Of a stretch of 64,000 nucleotides of DNA, positions 1 through 8,199 are shown piece after piece. The stretch spans positions 2,752,001 to 2,816,000 of the forward strand of contig OZ244960.1 of the NCBI GenBank assembly GCA_965222605.1, read 5' to 3'. Numbering within the stretch: the first letter of the stretch is position 1; each line of letters opens with the position of its first letter. Origin of the DNA: Candidatus Latescibacterota bacterium. GTDB taxonomy: Bacteria > Latescibacterota > UBA2968. The notes below the pieces were generated by a model. The model was not told the origin of the DNA and made no database searches. It saw nothing but the letters and a program-made list of their open reading frames with translations. The translations under genes and the position numbers were made by a program.

Positions 1-1
1 C

Positions 2-796
2 TAACAGCCCCAGACTCTTCAGTGAATCGAGCAACCGCCCATAAGCCTCATCCAAACGCTTGATCATGCCCCAGTACCCACCCAAATGCTGCTGCGTGCT
101 ACCCCCCGAGGGAACCGCGCCGGGATATTCGCCTTCGGCAGAAGGATGCGTGGGCAACGCCGCCAGATCGGGCGGTGTCCATCGCCCGGCATACATCTCG
201 CGGTACCCATCTGGTGGCGGATAATCATCCAGATGATTCTGGTGATGGGGTTCCAAAAATGAAATAAACAGAAAAAAGGGATCACTCTGATGTTCATCCA
301 CATACCGAATCGCCGCATCGGTCAGGGCATCTACCCGATAACCGGGCAACTTCACCTCTCGATTGTCATTGTCATAAACAACGCAATCATACGTATCAGA
401 TGTCCCCTCCAGCGCATTTGCCGCGAGCCAGAACTGGTACCCGCCGCGCGCTTCTTCCGGTACAAAACCGCGCCCACTCGTCGCCAGATGCCACTTCCCA
501 ATATACCCCGTGTGATAACCCGCATCATTAAAACACTGGGCAAGCGTCTTGTGATCGGGATTCAGCGCAATCCCATTGCGATACACCCCCATCTCACTCG
601 CGTACATCCCCGTTTGCAAACACGAACGCGCCGGACCGCACACGGGCTGACATGTAAAACTATTATAAACATGTGTCCCATGCTGCGCCGCGCGATCCAA
701 ATTGGGTGTAATACCCAATGGATTGCCATGCGCTGCCATGCAATCCCATCGCTGTTGGTCTGTGAAAAATACAATAATATTTGGCCTGCCTGCCAT
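2..796 (-). CDS. Sulfatase family protein (3' end runs off the window; not in the ORF track)
   Basis: Manual translation from ATG 796 (RBS AAAGGAG): MAGRPNIIVFFTDQQRWD...QPVCGPARSCLQTG (CxPxR formylglycine motif)...GYIGKWHL...PFFLFISFLEPHH. Confidence 0.92.
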   Translation of the reverse strand, partial: MAGRPNIIVFFTDQQRWDCMAAHGNPLGITPNLDRAAQHGTHVYNSFTCQPVCGPARSCLQTGMYASEMGVYRNGIALNPDHKTLAQCFNDAGYHTGYIGKWHLATSGRGFVPEEARGGYQFWLAANALEGTSDTYDCVVYDNDNREVKLPGYRVDALTDAAIRYVDEHQSDPFFLFISFLEPHHQNHLDDYPPPDGYREMYAGRWTPPDLAALPTHPSAEGEYPGAVPSGGSTQQHLGGYWGMIKRLDEAYGRLLDSLKSLGLL

Positions 797-989
797 AATA
801 TCTCCTTTGAATAAAAATCGGGTCAGACACCCGACGTATCGTTTATGCGGATTTCTGATCCACACAGAAAATCAAAAAATTCGGTCGCATATTATCGCTC
901 CGTGCTTATATTCATGCCTGCTTAACATCCGTACCAATATACGACTTACGCTACGTAGCGCTACCCATTTCCCTCAACAGGAGCACGCC

Positions 990-1865
990 ATGCGACACTT
1001 AATCACCATTCTTTTCGGCATCATCTTTATCACCCCAACCCATGCAGAAATAAAACCCTGGGATGACGCATTCAAAAAACAATGGTACGCGGGACTCGCG
1101 GAAATCACCCGCTATGAACTCAAACAAGCGCAATATCGCGATGTTTATGATGGCGATGCCGTCCTCATCTTTGTAACTGAAGATTTTCTCTCAGACAAAC
1201 ACGTCAAACGCGAACGCGGTGACGGTCCAAGCACCTCCGTACTCAAACTCAACGCCATGCGCCAATTTACAACGGGCCTTTATCCCTACTCCATCATGAC
1301 CTCTGTATTCACACCCGTGGCACCCGATCAAACGCGCACACTCAAAGTCACCAGCACAGCCCAGGAATGGTGCGGGCACACCTTTGCCCAATTAAACCAT
1401 CGCGACAGCGGCTACAAAGCGACACTGCGATCTTATTTTCAAAGCGATGGCGACCGCGACCTCACATTGCCCAGCGCCATCCTCGAAGACGAAATCTGGA
1501 CGCGCATCCGATTGGCACCCGAACGCTTACCCGTTGGAGAAATCCAGATCATTCCGGGCATGCTATTTCAGCGCCTGACACACACCCTCCCCGATGTCCA
1601 AACCGCCAATGCGGAACTCGTCGAAAGCGACACAACCCGCATTTATACCCTCACCTACACCTCTATTGGCCGCAAACTCGCCATAACCTTTGAAAAAAAC
1701 TATCCCCACGCCATCCTCGGCTGGGAAGAATCCATACAACGCCGGGGCCGCTGGACCACGACCTCAGCGCGCAAAACGCATGCCACGATGATCGATTACT
1801 GGAGCAAAAACAAGGCCGAAGACATAGCCTATCGCGCACAATTGGGGTTAACTAATAGCCCGTAA
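990..1865 (+). CDS. Secreted hypothetical protein; last codons supplied by the IS element left end
   Basis: RBS AGGAG before ATG 990; signal peptide MRHLITILFGIIFITPTHA; conserved-looking AEITRYELKQAQY...LIFVTEDF...QEWCGHTF. Confidence 0.75.
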   Translation: MRHLITILFGIIFITPTHAEIKPWDDAFKKQWYAGLAEITRYELKQAQYRDVYDGDAVLIFVTEDFLSDKHVKRERGDGPSTSVLKLNAMRQFTTGLYPYSIMTSVFTPVAPDQTRTLKVTSTAQEWCGHTFAQLNHRDSGYKATLRSYFQSDGDRDLTLPSAILEDEIWTRIRLAPERLPVGEIQIIPGMLFQRLTHTLPDVQTANAELVESDTTRIYTLTYTSIGRKLAITFEKNYPHAILGWEESIQRRGRWTTTSARKTHATMIDYWSKNKAEDIAYRAQLGLTNSP

Positions 1866-1938
1866 GTCCCAAATGCTTCAGCTTTGGGTCGCATGGCGAA
1901 GGGCTTGTGGTTTTGGTCTTGCTTTAGCGATAAACAGC

Positions 1939-1967
1939 TTGACAAAGTATACGCATAAGTGTATATT
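1939..1967 (+). promoter_or_regulatory. Sigma70-type promoter of tnpB
   Basis: TTGACA (1939-1944), 17 bp, TATATT (1962-1967); ATG begins at 1974. Confidence 0.7.
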
Positions 1968-1973
1968 TTTATT

Positions 1974-3098
1974 ATGCTTAAATCCTTCAAATACAGATTG
2001 CGCCCAACGAAAAAACAGGAGAAAACCCTGTTGGCGCACATAGAAGAATGTCGCTTGTTGTATAACCAACTTGTCTGTGCAAGAGTACAAGCATGGGAAA
2101 AAAATAAAGAAAGTTTGTCGCGCTATGAGCAACAAGCGACATTGCCAATGCTGAAACAACAGCGTAAATCTTTTTCTCTTGTCTATTCTCAAGTTCTCCA
2201 GCAAGTATGCCAGAGAGTAGATTGGGCGTTCAAAGGATTTTTCCGCCGTCTCAAAAAGAAAGCAAAGACGGGTGAGAAAGCAGGCTTTCCCAGATACAAG
2301 GGGCAGAATCGCTATGATTCTATCACCTATCCTCAGTTTTCCAATGGATGCCGATTGGACGATAAGGGCTTGCGATTGAGCAAGATAGGTTGTATCCGTG
2401 TTGTCCAGCACAGGCCACTTGAGGGTATGCCTAAGTCCTGCACAGTCACGCGCACGGCAACGGGTAAGTGGTTCGCGTCTATCTCTTGTGATATGGGCGA
2501 GCCAACGCCTTGCAAGGAAGATCGCCCGCCTGTTGGCATTGACGTGGGTCTCAATTCCTTTGCTGTCACCAGTGACGGACAGACAATAGCCAACCAGCGA
2601 TTCTTTAGAAAAGAAGAGAAAGTACTTGCCAAAGCACAGCGCAAGTGGGACGCTGTGAAAAAGAAACCCAAGACCGACGCCGTAAGAGAAAAGCGTCGTA
2701 AAGTCATTGCCAGAGTGCACGAGCGTATCCGTAATAAGCGACATAACTTTGCCCATCAAGAATCAAGAAAAATGGTCAATCGCCACAGCTTCATAGTCGC
2801 AGAGAAACTCGAAGTCCAGAAGATGCAAAAGAACAGGCGATTGTCTAAATCAATAGCAGACGTAGCGTGGTCCCTGTTTCGGCATTGTCTCGAATACAAA
2901 GCGGAAGAGGCTGGTATTGGATTCAAGGCCGTCAATCCTAAGCACACGTCACAAGACTGCTCGGCATGCGGACATAGAGAGAAAAAAGCACTTTCTGATC
3001 GTGTGCATCATTGCAAGGCGTGTGGCTATACAGCAGACAGAGACCTCAATGCTGCGATAAACATATTGACGCTGGGGCTACAACGTCAGGTGGCTTGA
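1974..3098 (+). CDS. tnpB: RNA-guided endonuclease TnpB
   Basis: N-terminal KSFKYRLRPTKKQ HTH, GFPRYK, RuvC residues GIDVG / VAEKL / DRDLNAAINI, zinc finger CSAC...CKAC. Confidence 0.96.
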   Translation: MLKSFKYRLRPTKKQEKTLLAHIEECRLLYNQLVCARVQAWEKNKESLSRYEQQATLPMLKQQRKSFSLVYSQVLQQVCQRVDWAFKGFFRRLKKKAKTGEKAGFPRYKGQNRYDSITYPQFSNGCRLDDKGLRLSKIGCIRVVQHRPLEGMPKSCTVTRTATGKWFASISCDMGEPTPCKEDRPPVGIDVGLNSFAVTSDGQTIANQRFFRKEEKVLAKAQRKWDAVKKKPKTDAVREKRRKVIARVHERIRNKRHNFAHQESRKMVNRHSFIVAEKLEVQKMQKNRRLSKSIADVAWSLFRHCLEYKAEEAGIGFKAVNPKHTSQDCSACGHREKKALSDRVHHCKACGYTADRDLNAAINILTLGLQRQVA

Positions 3099-3162
3099 CC
3101 GCCAAGAAGCCCACTCGCAGAGAGCTTTAGCGTTGGGAGTAGTCACAATAGTTGTTAATTTC
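3000..3162 (+). ncRNA. Predicted TnpB omega/reRNA (5' boundary uncertain); guide starts at 3147 (AATAGTTGTTAATTTC)
   Basis: Established TnpB architecture: scaffold overlaps tnpB 3' end up to the right-end TCAC and the guide is the flanking sequence. Confidence 0.55.
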
Positions 3163-3180
3163 AGGGGACTTCTCTATCTT
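3152..3180 (+). promoter_or_regulatory. Candidate promoter of the ccm operon
   Basis: TTGTTA, 17 bp, TATCTT upstream of ccmE. Confidence 0.4.
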
Positions 3181-3227
3181 TAACTGCCTGAAAACCCCAT
3201 TAGTTGCCAAAAAGCACAGAGGTTGAA

Positions 3228-3665
3228 ATGACCACCAAAAAAATAAAATTCATCGCCGGATTTGCCGTCATCGTCGCCAGTTTGCTCACCATGGTCGTGT
3301 ACAGCTCTGAAAAAATGTCGCTGTATTACCTCACCGTCTCCGAGTTGGAAGCGCGCGAAATCGAATTTGCCAACACCCGCTTCAAACTCGCCGGCAAAGT
3401 CATCCCCGGCACCATCATCTCCCGCGACGGCAACCGCACCGTCGAATTTGAAATCTCTGATCTCATCGGCGAAGACCCATCTGCCAACAAACGCACCATC
3501 CGCTACAGCGGTGTTGTACCCGACACCTTCCGCGAAGAAGCCGATGTCGTGCTCGAAGGCAAAATCGGACCCAACGGCATCTTCATAGCCGAAAACATGC
3601 TCGCCAAATGCCCTTCAAAATACGAAAGCCAGAGCTACGAAGAGATCAAATCGTCGTACGAATAA
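3228..3665 (+). CDS. ccmE: Cytochrome c maturation heme chaperone CcmE (CxxxY type)
   Basis: N-terminal TM, YYLTVSEL, YSGVVPDTFRE..VVLEG, LAKCPSKY. Confidence 0.93.
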   Translation: MTTKKIKFIAGFAVIVASLLTMVVYSSEKMSLYYLTVSELEAREIEFANTRFKLAGKVIPGTIISRDGNRTVEFEISDLIGEDPSANKRTIRYSGVVPDTFREEADVVLEGKIGPNGIFIAENMLAKCPSKYESQSYEEIKSSYE

Positions 3666-3680
3666 ACGAGACCCAAACAC

Positions 3681-5666
3681 ATGCTCCCACAACTCGGTAA
3701 TTTTCTTCTCTATCTCGCCCTTTTCACCTCGGCTTATGCGGTCATCGCCGCAATTCTCGCTGCCAAAACCCGGCGAATGGGCTTTATTCTGAGCACGGAA
3801 CGCGCAGTCCTCGCGGGTTTTGTACTCTGCCTCTCCGCCATGGCCATTCTCGAAGTGCTCTTCCTCACAGACCGCTTCGACATCTACTACATAGCCACCC
3901 ACTCCAGCCGCGACCTGCACACCGGCTACAAATTCACGGCTGTCTGGTCCGGCATGCAGGGATCGCTATTGCTCTGGGCACTTATCCTATCCGGATTCAT
4001 ATTTTTTGCCGTCATCAAAACCCGTGCCTTTCGCGGACCCCTCGCCTCTTATGCCACAGCCATCATGTCCTTCACGCTGGTCTTCTTTCTCGCGCTCATC
4101 TGTATCCACGAAAATCCATTTGTCATTATGCCGCGTGCCATGCCCGATGGAACGGGCATGAACCCCCTGCTCGTCCATCCCGTCATGGCCATCCATCCCC
4201 CAATGCTCTATCACGGATATGTCGGCTTTACCGTACCTTATGCCTTTGCAATGGCCGCCCTCTTATCCAGACAAATCGATGAAGAATGGATTCGCACCAC
4301 CCGCCGCTGGACCCTTCTCGCCTGGTTCTTCCTGGGCACGGGCCAGCTCCTCGGTGGCAAATGGGCCTACGTCGTACTCGGCTGGGGCGGATACTGGGGC
4401 TGGGACCCGGTCGAAAACGCCGCCCTCTTACCCTGGTTGACCGGCACGGCCTTTTTGCACTCCGTCATGATACAAGAAAAAAAGGGCATGCTCAAAGTCT
4501 GGAACATGGTACTCATCACCGCCACCTACACCCTGTGCATCTACGGCACCTTCCTCACGCGAAGCGGCGTCGTATCCTCCGTACACGCTTTTGCCCAGTC
4601 CCCCATTGGACCCTGGTTTGGCGCACTGGTCGTCCTCATCGTCATCTTCTCAAGCCTCCTTCTCGTCTCGCGCCTTGACCTGCTCAAAACCAAAACACAA
4701 TACGAATCTCCCATCTCGCGCGAAGGTGGTTTCTTACTCAACAACTTGCTCTTCCTCACCGCCACATTTGCCGTCTTCTGGGGCGTCATGTTTCCCGTGA
4801 TCTCCGAAGCCGTTACAGGCGACAAAATCACCGTAGGTCCCCCCTACTTCAACACTGTTATGGTACCCATCGGCCTGATCCTGCTCGTACTCACCGGCAT
4901 AGGTCCATTGCTCGCCTGGCGGCGCACCTCGGGCAAAAGCCTGAGAAAACACTTCACGGGATCGAGCATCCTGGGGTTAATCTGCGGCATCGTCGCCCTC
5001 GCCCTCGGTGTACGCGACATCTACGCCATTATCTCCTTCCTCTTCTGCGGCTTTGTCACAGGCACCATCATCACCGAATTTCATCGCGGCGCGCGTGCGC
5101 GAGGCAGCAGTTCTAACGAATCCTATCTCCGCGCAATCGTCAACCTCACCCGGCGGAATCGCCGCCGATACGGCGGTTATATCATCCACTTTGGCGTGGT
5201 CTTGCTCTTCATCGGATTTACCGGCAATGCATTCAACAAAGATTCTCAAGTCGAACTCAAATACATGGAATCCACCGAAATCGGTCCCTACACGCTCACG
5301 TATGAAGGCATTACCGAATCCGTCAATCCACTCACCGCGGACATCGTCGCCCAGGTCGGCGTCTATAAACACGGACAGCGATTGGGCACCATGTGGCCTC
5401 ACCAAAAAGTCTATTACAAACGGCAAGATCAACAACGCACCACAGAAGTCGCCATCCGGTCCAATTTGCGGGAAGACCTCTACGCGCTCTATCAGGGCGT
5501 TGACATGCGAGACGGCGAAGAAGTCGCCCTCTTTCACCTGTACATCAACCCCCTCGTCATGTGGGTCTGGATAGGCGCGTGGATACTTACAATCGGCACC
5601 ATCATTGTCATGTGGCCCGATAAGCGCGAAAAACAGGCATTGCAAATGCGGGAGGCGATGGCATGA
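3681..5666 (+). CDS. ccmF: Heme lyase CcmF/NrfE
   Basis: HPPMLY, WAYVVLGWGGYWGWDPVEN (WWD domain), FLTRSG..SVHAF. Confidence 0.97.
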   Translation: MLPQLGNFLLYLALFTSAYAVIAAILAAKTRRMGFILSTERAVLAGFVLCLSAMAILEVLFLTDRFDIYYIATHSSRDLHTGYKFTAVWSGMQGSLLLWALILSGFIFFAVIKTRAFRGPLASYATAIMSFTLVFFLALICIHENPFVIMPRAMPDGTGMNPLLVHPVMAIHPPMLYHGYVGFTVPYAFAMAALLSRQIDEEWIRTTRRWTLLAWFFLGTGQLLGGKWAYVVLGWGGYWGWDPVENAALLPWLTGTAFLHSVMIQEKKGMLKVWNMVLITATYTLCIYGTFLTRSGVVSSVHAFAQSPIGPWFGALVVLIVIFSSLLLVSRLDLLKTKTQYESPISREGGFLLNNLLFLTATFAVFWGVMFPVISEAVTGDKITVGPPYFNTVMVPIGLILLVLTGIGPLLAWRRTSGKSLRKHFTGSSILGLICGIVALALGVRDIYAIISFLFCGFVTGTIITEFHRGARARGSSSNESYLRAIVNLTRRNRRRYGGYIIHFGVVLLFIGFTGNAFNKDSQVELKYMESTEIGPYTLTYEGITESVNPLTADIVAQVGVYKHGQRLGTMWPHQKVYYKRQDQQRTTEVAIRSNLREDLYALYQGVDMRDGEEVALFHLYINPLVMWVWIGAWILTIGTIIVMWPDKREKQALQMREAMA

Positions 5667-6118
5667 AGACTGCGATCCTCGTCCCAATATTCTTTCTCCT
5701 TTTCGCAATACCTGTCCGCGCCGAAGTGACCCGGGAACAGATCAAAGAAGTGGGCAAAGAACTCGCCTGTTTGTGCGGCGACTGCCCGCGCCGACCCCTC
5801 GACGAATGCGTCTGTGGATATGCACAGCAACAGCACGAACGCATCAAAAAAATGCTGGCCTCCGGTCAAACGCCGCAGGCCATTGTCGATGCTTATGTGC
5901 GCGAATCTGGCCTGGAAATCCTCTCCAAACCCCCAGCCAAAGGGTTCAACCTCACAGCATGGCTCATGCCACCCTTTGTTCTTCTCCTCGGTTTCTTCGT
6001 TGTACGCAGCGTACTTCGCGCCTGGTCAAAGACAAAAATACCCGCCACACCAACAGCACAACCCGCGGATGACCCGTACCTCGACCGCCTTGAAAGCGAT
6101 CTCAAGGAGCGCGAGTAA
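5663..6118 (+). CDS. ccmH: Cytochrome c biogenesis protein CcmH
   Basis: ELACLCGDC motif, I..YV..G..IL..PP.KGFN..AW..P; ATGA overlap with ccmF. Confidence 0.85.
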   Translation: MKTAILVPIFFLLFAIPVRAEVTREQIKEVGKELACLCGDCPRRPLDECVCGYAQQQHERIKKMLASGQTPQAIVDAYVRESGLEILSKPPAKGFNLTAWLMPPFVLLLGFFVVRSVLRAWSKTKIPATPTAQPADDPYLDRLESDLKERE

Positions 6119-6489
6119 TGACCATTGCCGCTTTTATCCTCATCGCAGCGGGCGTCTTGCTCTTTGTATTCACACCGCTATTCGACACCCGCGACACCAT
6201 CACCCAGATCTCCCGCAGAGAAGCGCGGCGCCGAGACCTGATCGAACAGCGCGACATGGTCTATGAAGCCATCCGCGAACTCGACTTTGACCATCGCATG
6301 GGAAAAGTCGAAGAAGACGACTATCGGCAAACCCGCGCCCGTTATACAGCACAAGCCGTAGAACTCATCAAATCCCTCGACAAAGTCTCCAGCCAGACAG
6401 ACCGTCCAGCGCCCAAACCGCAGGGGATTTCCGATCAGATAGAAAGTGAAATCGCCGCCATTCGCCGCGGGAAGGGAAAACGCGGATGA
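6118..6489 (+). CDS. ccm-associated membrane protein (CcmI N-terminal-like)
   Basis: N-terminal TM; AIRELDFDHRMGKVEEDDY motif; translationally coupled to ccmH. Confidence 0.65.
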   Translation: MTIAAFILIAAGVLLFVFTPLFDTRDTITQISRREARRRDLIEQRDMVYEAIRELDFDHRMGKVEEDDYRQTRARYTAQAVELIKSLDKVSSQTDRPAPKPQGISDQIESEIAAIRRGKGKRG

Positions 6490-6886
6490 ATACTATCCGC
6501 AGATGGACACGGATGAAAGGCGTTGAGAGTAAAAAAAATCAGCAGAGCGGCTACGCTAAATACGACACCGTGTCGTATTTGCCCCCTTTGTCCACGCGTA
6601 GATGGACTTGACCCGTTTTGGTGGATAATAGCATAAATCCCCATCCTCTATGAAAAACTGATAGCACAGGGTACTTGAGTATATCCACATAATCATTGCC
6701 CAGAGCCATAAAAACGAACACAATTAAATTGACCAGATTAAGGTATCACCCACCTTACACGACACCTGGTCACGGGGCGACAAGGTGATTTCATCCGGCG
6801 ATTCCCACCCTTGTTACCCCAATTACATCAAGTTTCGCGATTATTTATCTGTTTCGTCGTTTGAAAAATCAGAGGAATACATAGGC

Positions 6887-7111
6887 CAGCGAACAAAAGC
6901 GCAAGTTGAGCAGTTAGAACGACAAGTTTTCGAGATTTTAGAAAACGACCATCCCCAAAGCGTGCGCCATGTCTTTTATCGGCTGACCGATCCGCGATAG
7001 CCTGAACCAGTGGCAAAAACCGAAACCGGATACAAGCAGGTGCAAAGACGTGTCGCACTTATGCGCCGGGCGGGATTGATCCCTTATTCGCGGATTGTGG
7101 ACGAGATTTAG
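6887..7111 (+). pseudogene. Fragment of a prophage-type protein (N-terminus of a Toprim/DUF2399-like family)
   Basis: RTKAQVEQLERQVFEILENDHPQSVRHVFYRLTDPR*PEPVAKTETGYKQVQRR...RRAGLIPY; internal TAG 6998-7000; no start and no C-terminus. Confidence 0.55.
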
Positions 7112-7150
7112 TAGGGGAGGGGACTATACAGGATAGTGCCGAAGTGGGGT

Positions 7151-7211
7151 ATGAGAAAAGGCTACGCCTCGAAAGACGTAGCCTTTATTGTTTGCCAGAA
7201 GTTATAGATTA
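7151..7211 (-). terminator. Copy 1 of a 61-bp direct repeat containing a stop codon and an intrinsic terminator
   Basis: AAAGGCTACG-cctcgaaaga-CGTAGCCTTT stem with T-run on the minus strand; 59/61 identical to 7838-7898. Confidence 0.8.
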
Positions 7212-7619
7212 AGTAATAATTTCAGCTTCACGATTGAAAACCTTTCTTAGAAACTGATGTCGTTTTGCCTGATATGGAGAGATGTTATCTTTGTTTTCTC
7301 GGCTGTCCTGGAGGTCGTCATTGACAATTTCTGCTAAACAAACTAATGCGTCCTCCAAACTATCATTACTACCCGCGATTATATCTGGAGAATCCTTAAA
7401 ATACACCGCCCATGATCCATCACCAGATTTTTCAGCAACGATAGGCCATTGACCAGTAGTAGATAGTACAAATTTTGTTTGTAATTCAAAAGAGGTTACT
7501 ATAGTTTCAACAGAGGAATGCAGATTCTCATCTAAATACAAAGCCTTTCTCCACAACTGATAAGAGAATGGATAGATAGGATTTTCTTCCTGTATTGATT
7601 TCACGGTGGCTTCAGCCAT
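7209..7619 (-). CDS. Hypothetical protein with a HicB-like C-terminal region
   Basis: RBS AAGGAGG before ATG 7619; AEKSGDGSWAVYFKDSPDIIAGSNDSLEDAL resembles the HicB partial RNase H fold. Confidence 0.55.
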   Translation of the reverse strand: MAEATVKSIQEENPIYPFSYQLWRKALYLDENLHSSVETIVTSFELQTKFVLSTTGQWPIVAEKSGDGSWAVYFKDSPDIIAGSNDSLEDALVCLAEIVNDDLQDSRENKDNISPYQAKRHQFLRKVFNREAEIIT

Positions 7620-7837
7620 AACAACCTCCTTCGGTGTCTTTTTTAGGTGGCCTGCATCACCTCTAACACAGATCACCCAAAGGCTTTTCACCTGTGCGAG
7701 TATAATTTTTGATAATACGGGATTAAGGATTAAAGAGCAACTGATTTTTCAAAAATTTTTCCAAACCTCTCCACACAAGGCACAAAAACGAAGCATTATG
7801 GAATTGCGTGGATTAGGCAGAAAAATTTGGCAAGAGA

Positions 7838-7898
7838 ATGAGAAAAGGCTACGCCTCGAAAGACATAGCCTTTGTTGTTTGCCAGAAGTTATAGATTA
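7838..7898 (-). repeat. Copy 2 of the 61-bp stop/terminator direct repeat
   Basis: Same sequence as 7151-7211 with two substitutions; follows a short minus-strand remnant ...WSGERYVPLDQVAAAVVLA*. Confidence 0.8.
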
Positions 7899-8199
7899 CG
7901 CAAGAACCACCGCGGCAGCCACCTGGTCAAGCGGTACATATCTTTCACCTGACCACCCATTCATCGCTCAAAATGTACCCTCTCGCCTTTCATCTGTGCC
8001 CATCTGCGGCCATCTGCGGATTCAAATTCAGATTGTGAACAAGTGTGTAAAACAACATATTTAAAGTATTTAGACATCTGCCAACGCAAAATATCGCTCA
8101 ATTTTTGGAGAATTACCATTTGTTGGCCTGCCATTTGCTTTATGTCTGAATGTTGCGCGTATCCCACTTACTCACCCCATCAGACGCGAGGTATTTCAC

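Larger units (their letters stand above)
1853..3146 (+). mobile_element. IS200/IS605-family element, tnpB-only (IS1341-like)
   Basis: Left hairpin CCCAAA-tgcttcagc-TTTGGG (1868-1888) preceded by TAAG; right end GAAG + hairpin + AGTAGTCAC ending at 3146; tnpB inside, no tnpA; left boundary inferred after TTAAC (1848-1852). Confidence 0.8.
6497..8009. repeat. 26-bp inverted repeat pair (6497-6522 and 7984-8009)
   Basis: CCGCAGATGGACACGGATGAAAGGCG versus reverse complement CCGCAGATGGGCACAGATGAAAGGCG, 24/26 identical. Confidence 0.85.

Noticed and set aside
1974-3098. TnpB as a nuclease-dead TldR-type regulator of the ccm promoter
   Set aside because: All RuvC catalytic residues and both IS ends are intact, and the filled allele has no TAM next to the guide match
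6998-7000. In-frame TAG as pyrrolysine or readthrough
   Set aside because: The fragment also lacks a start and a C-terminus, so a nonsense mutation in a remnant is simpler
7151-7898. 61-bp repeats as integron attC sites
   Set aside because: No intI and no convincing complementary R''/R' boxes; the structure fits an intrinsic terminator. Kept as a repeat finding only
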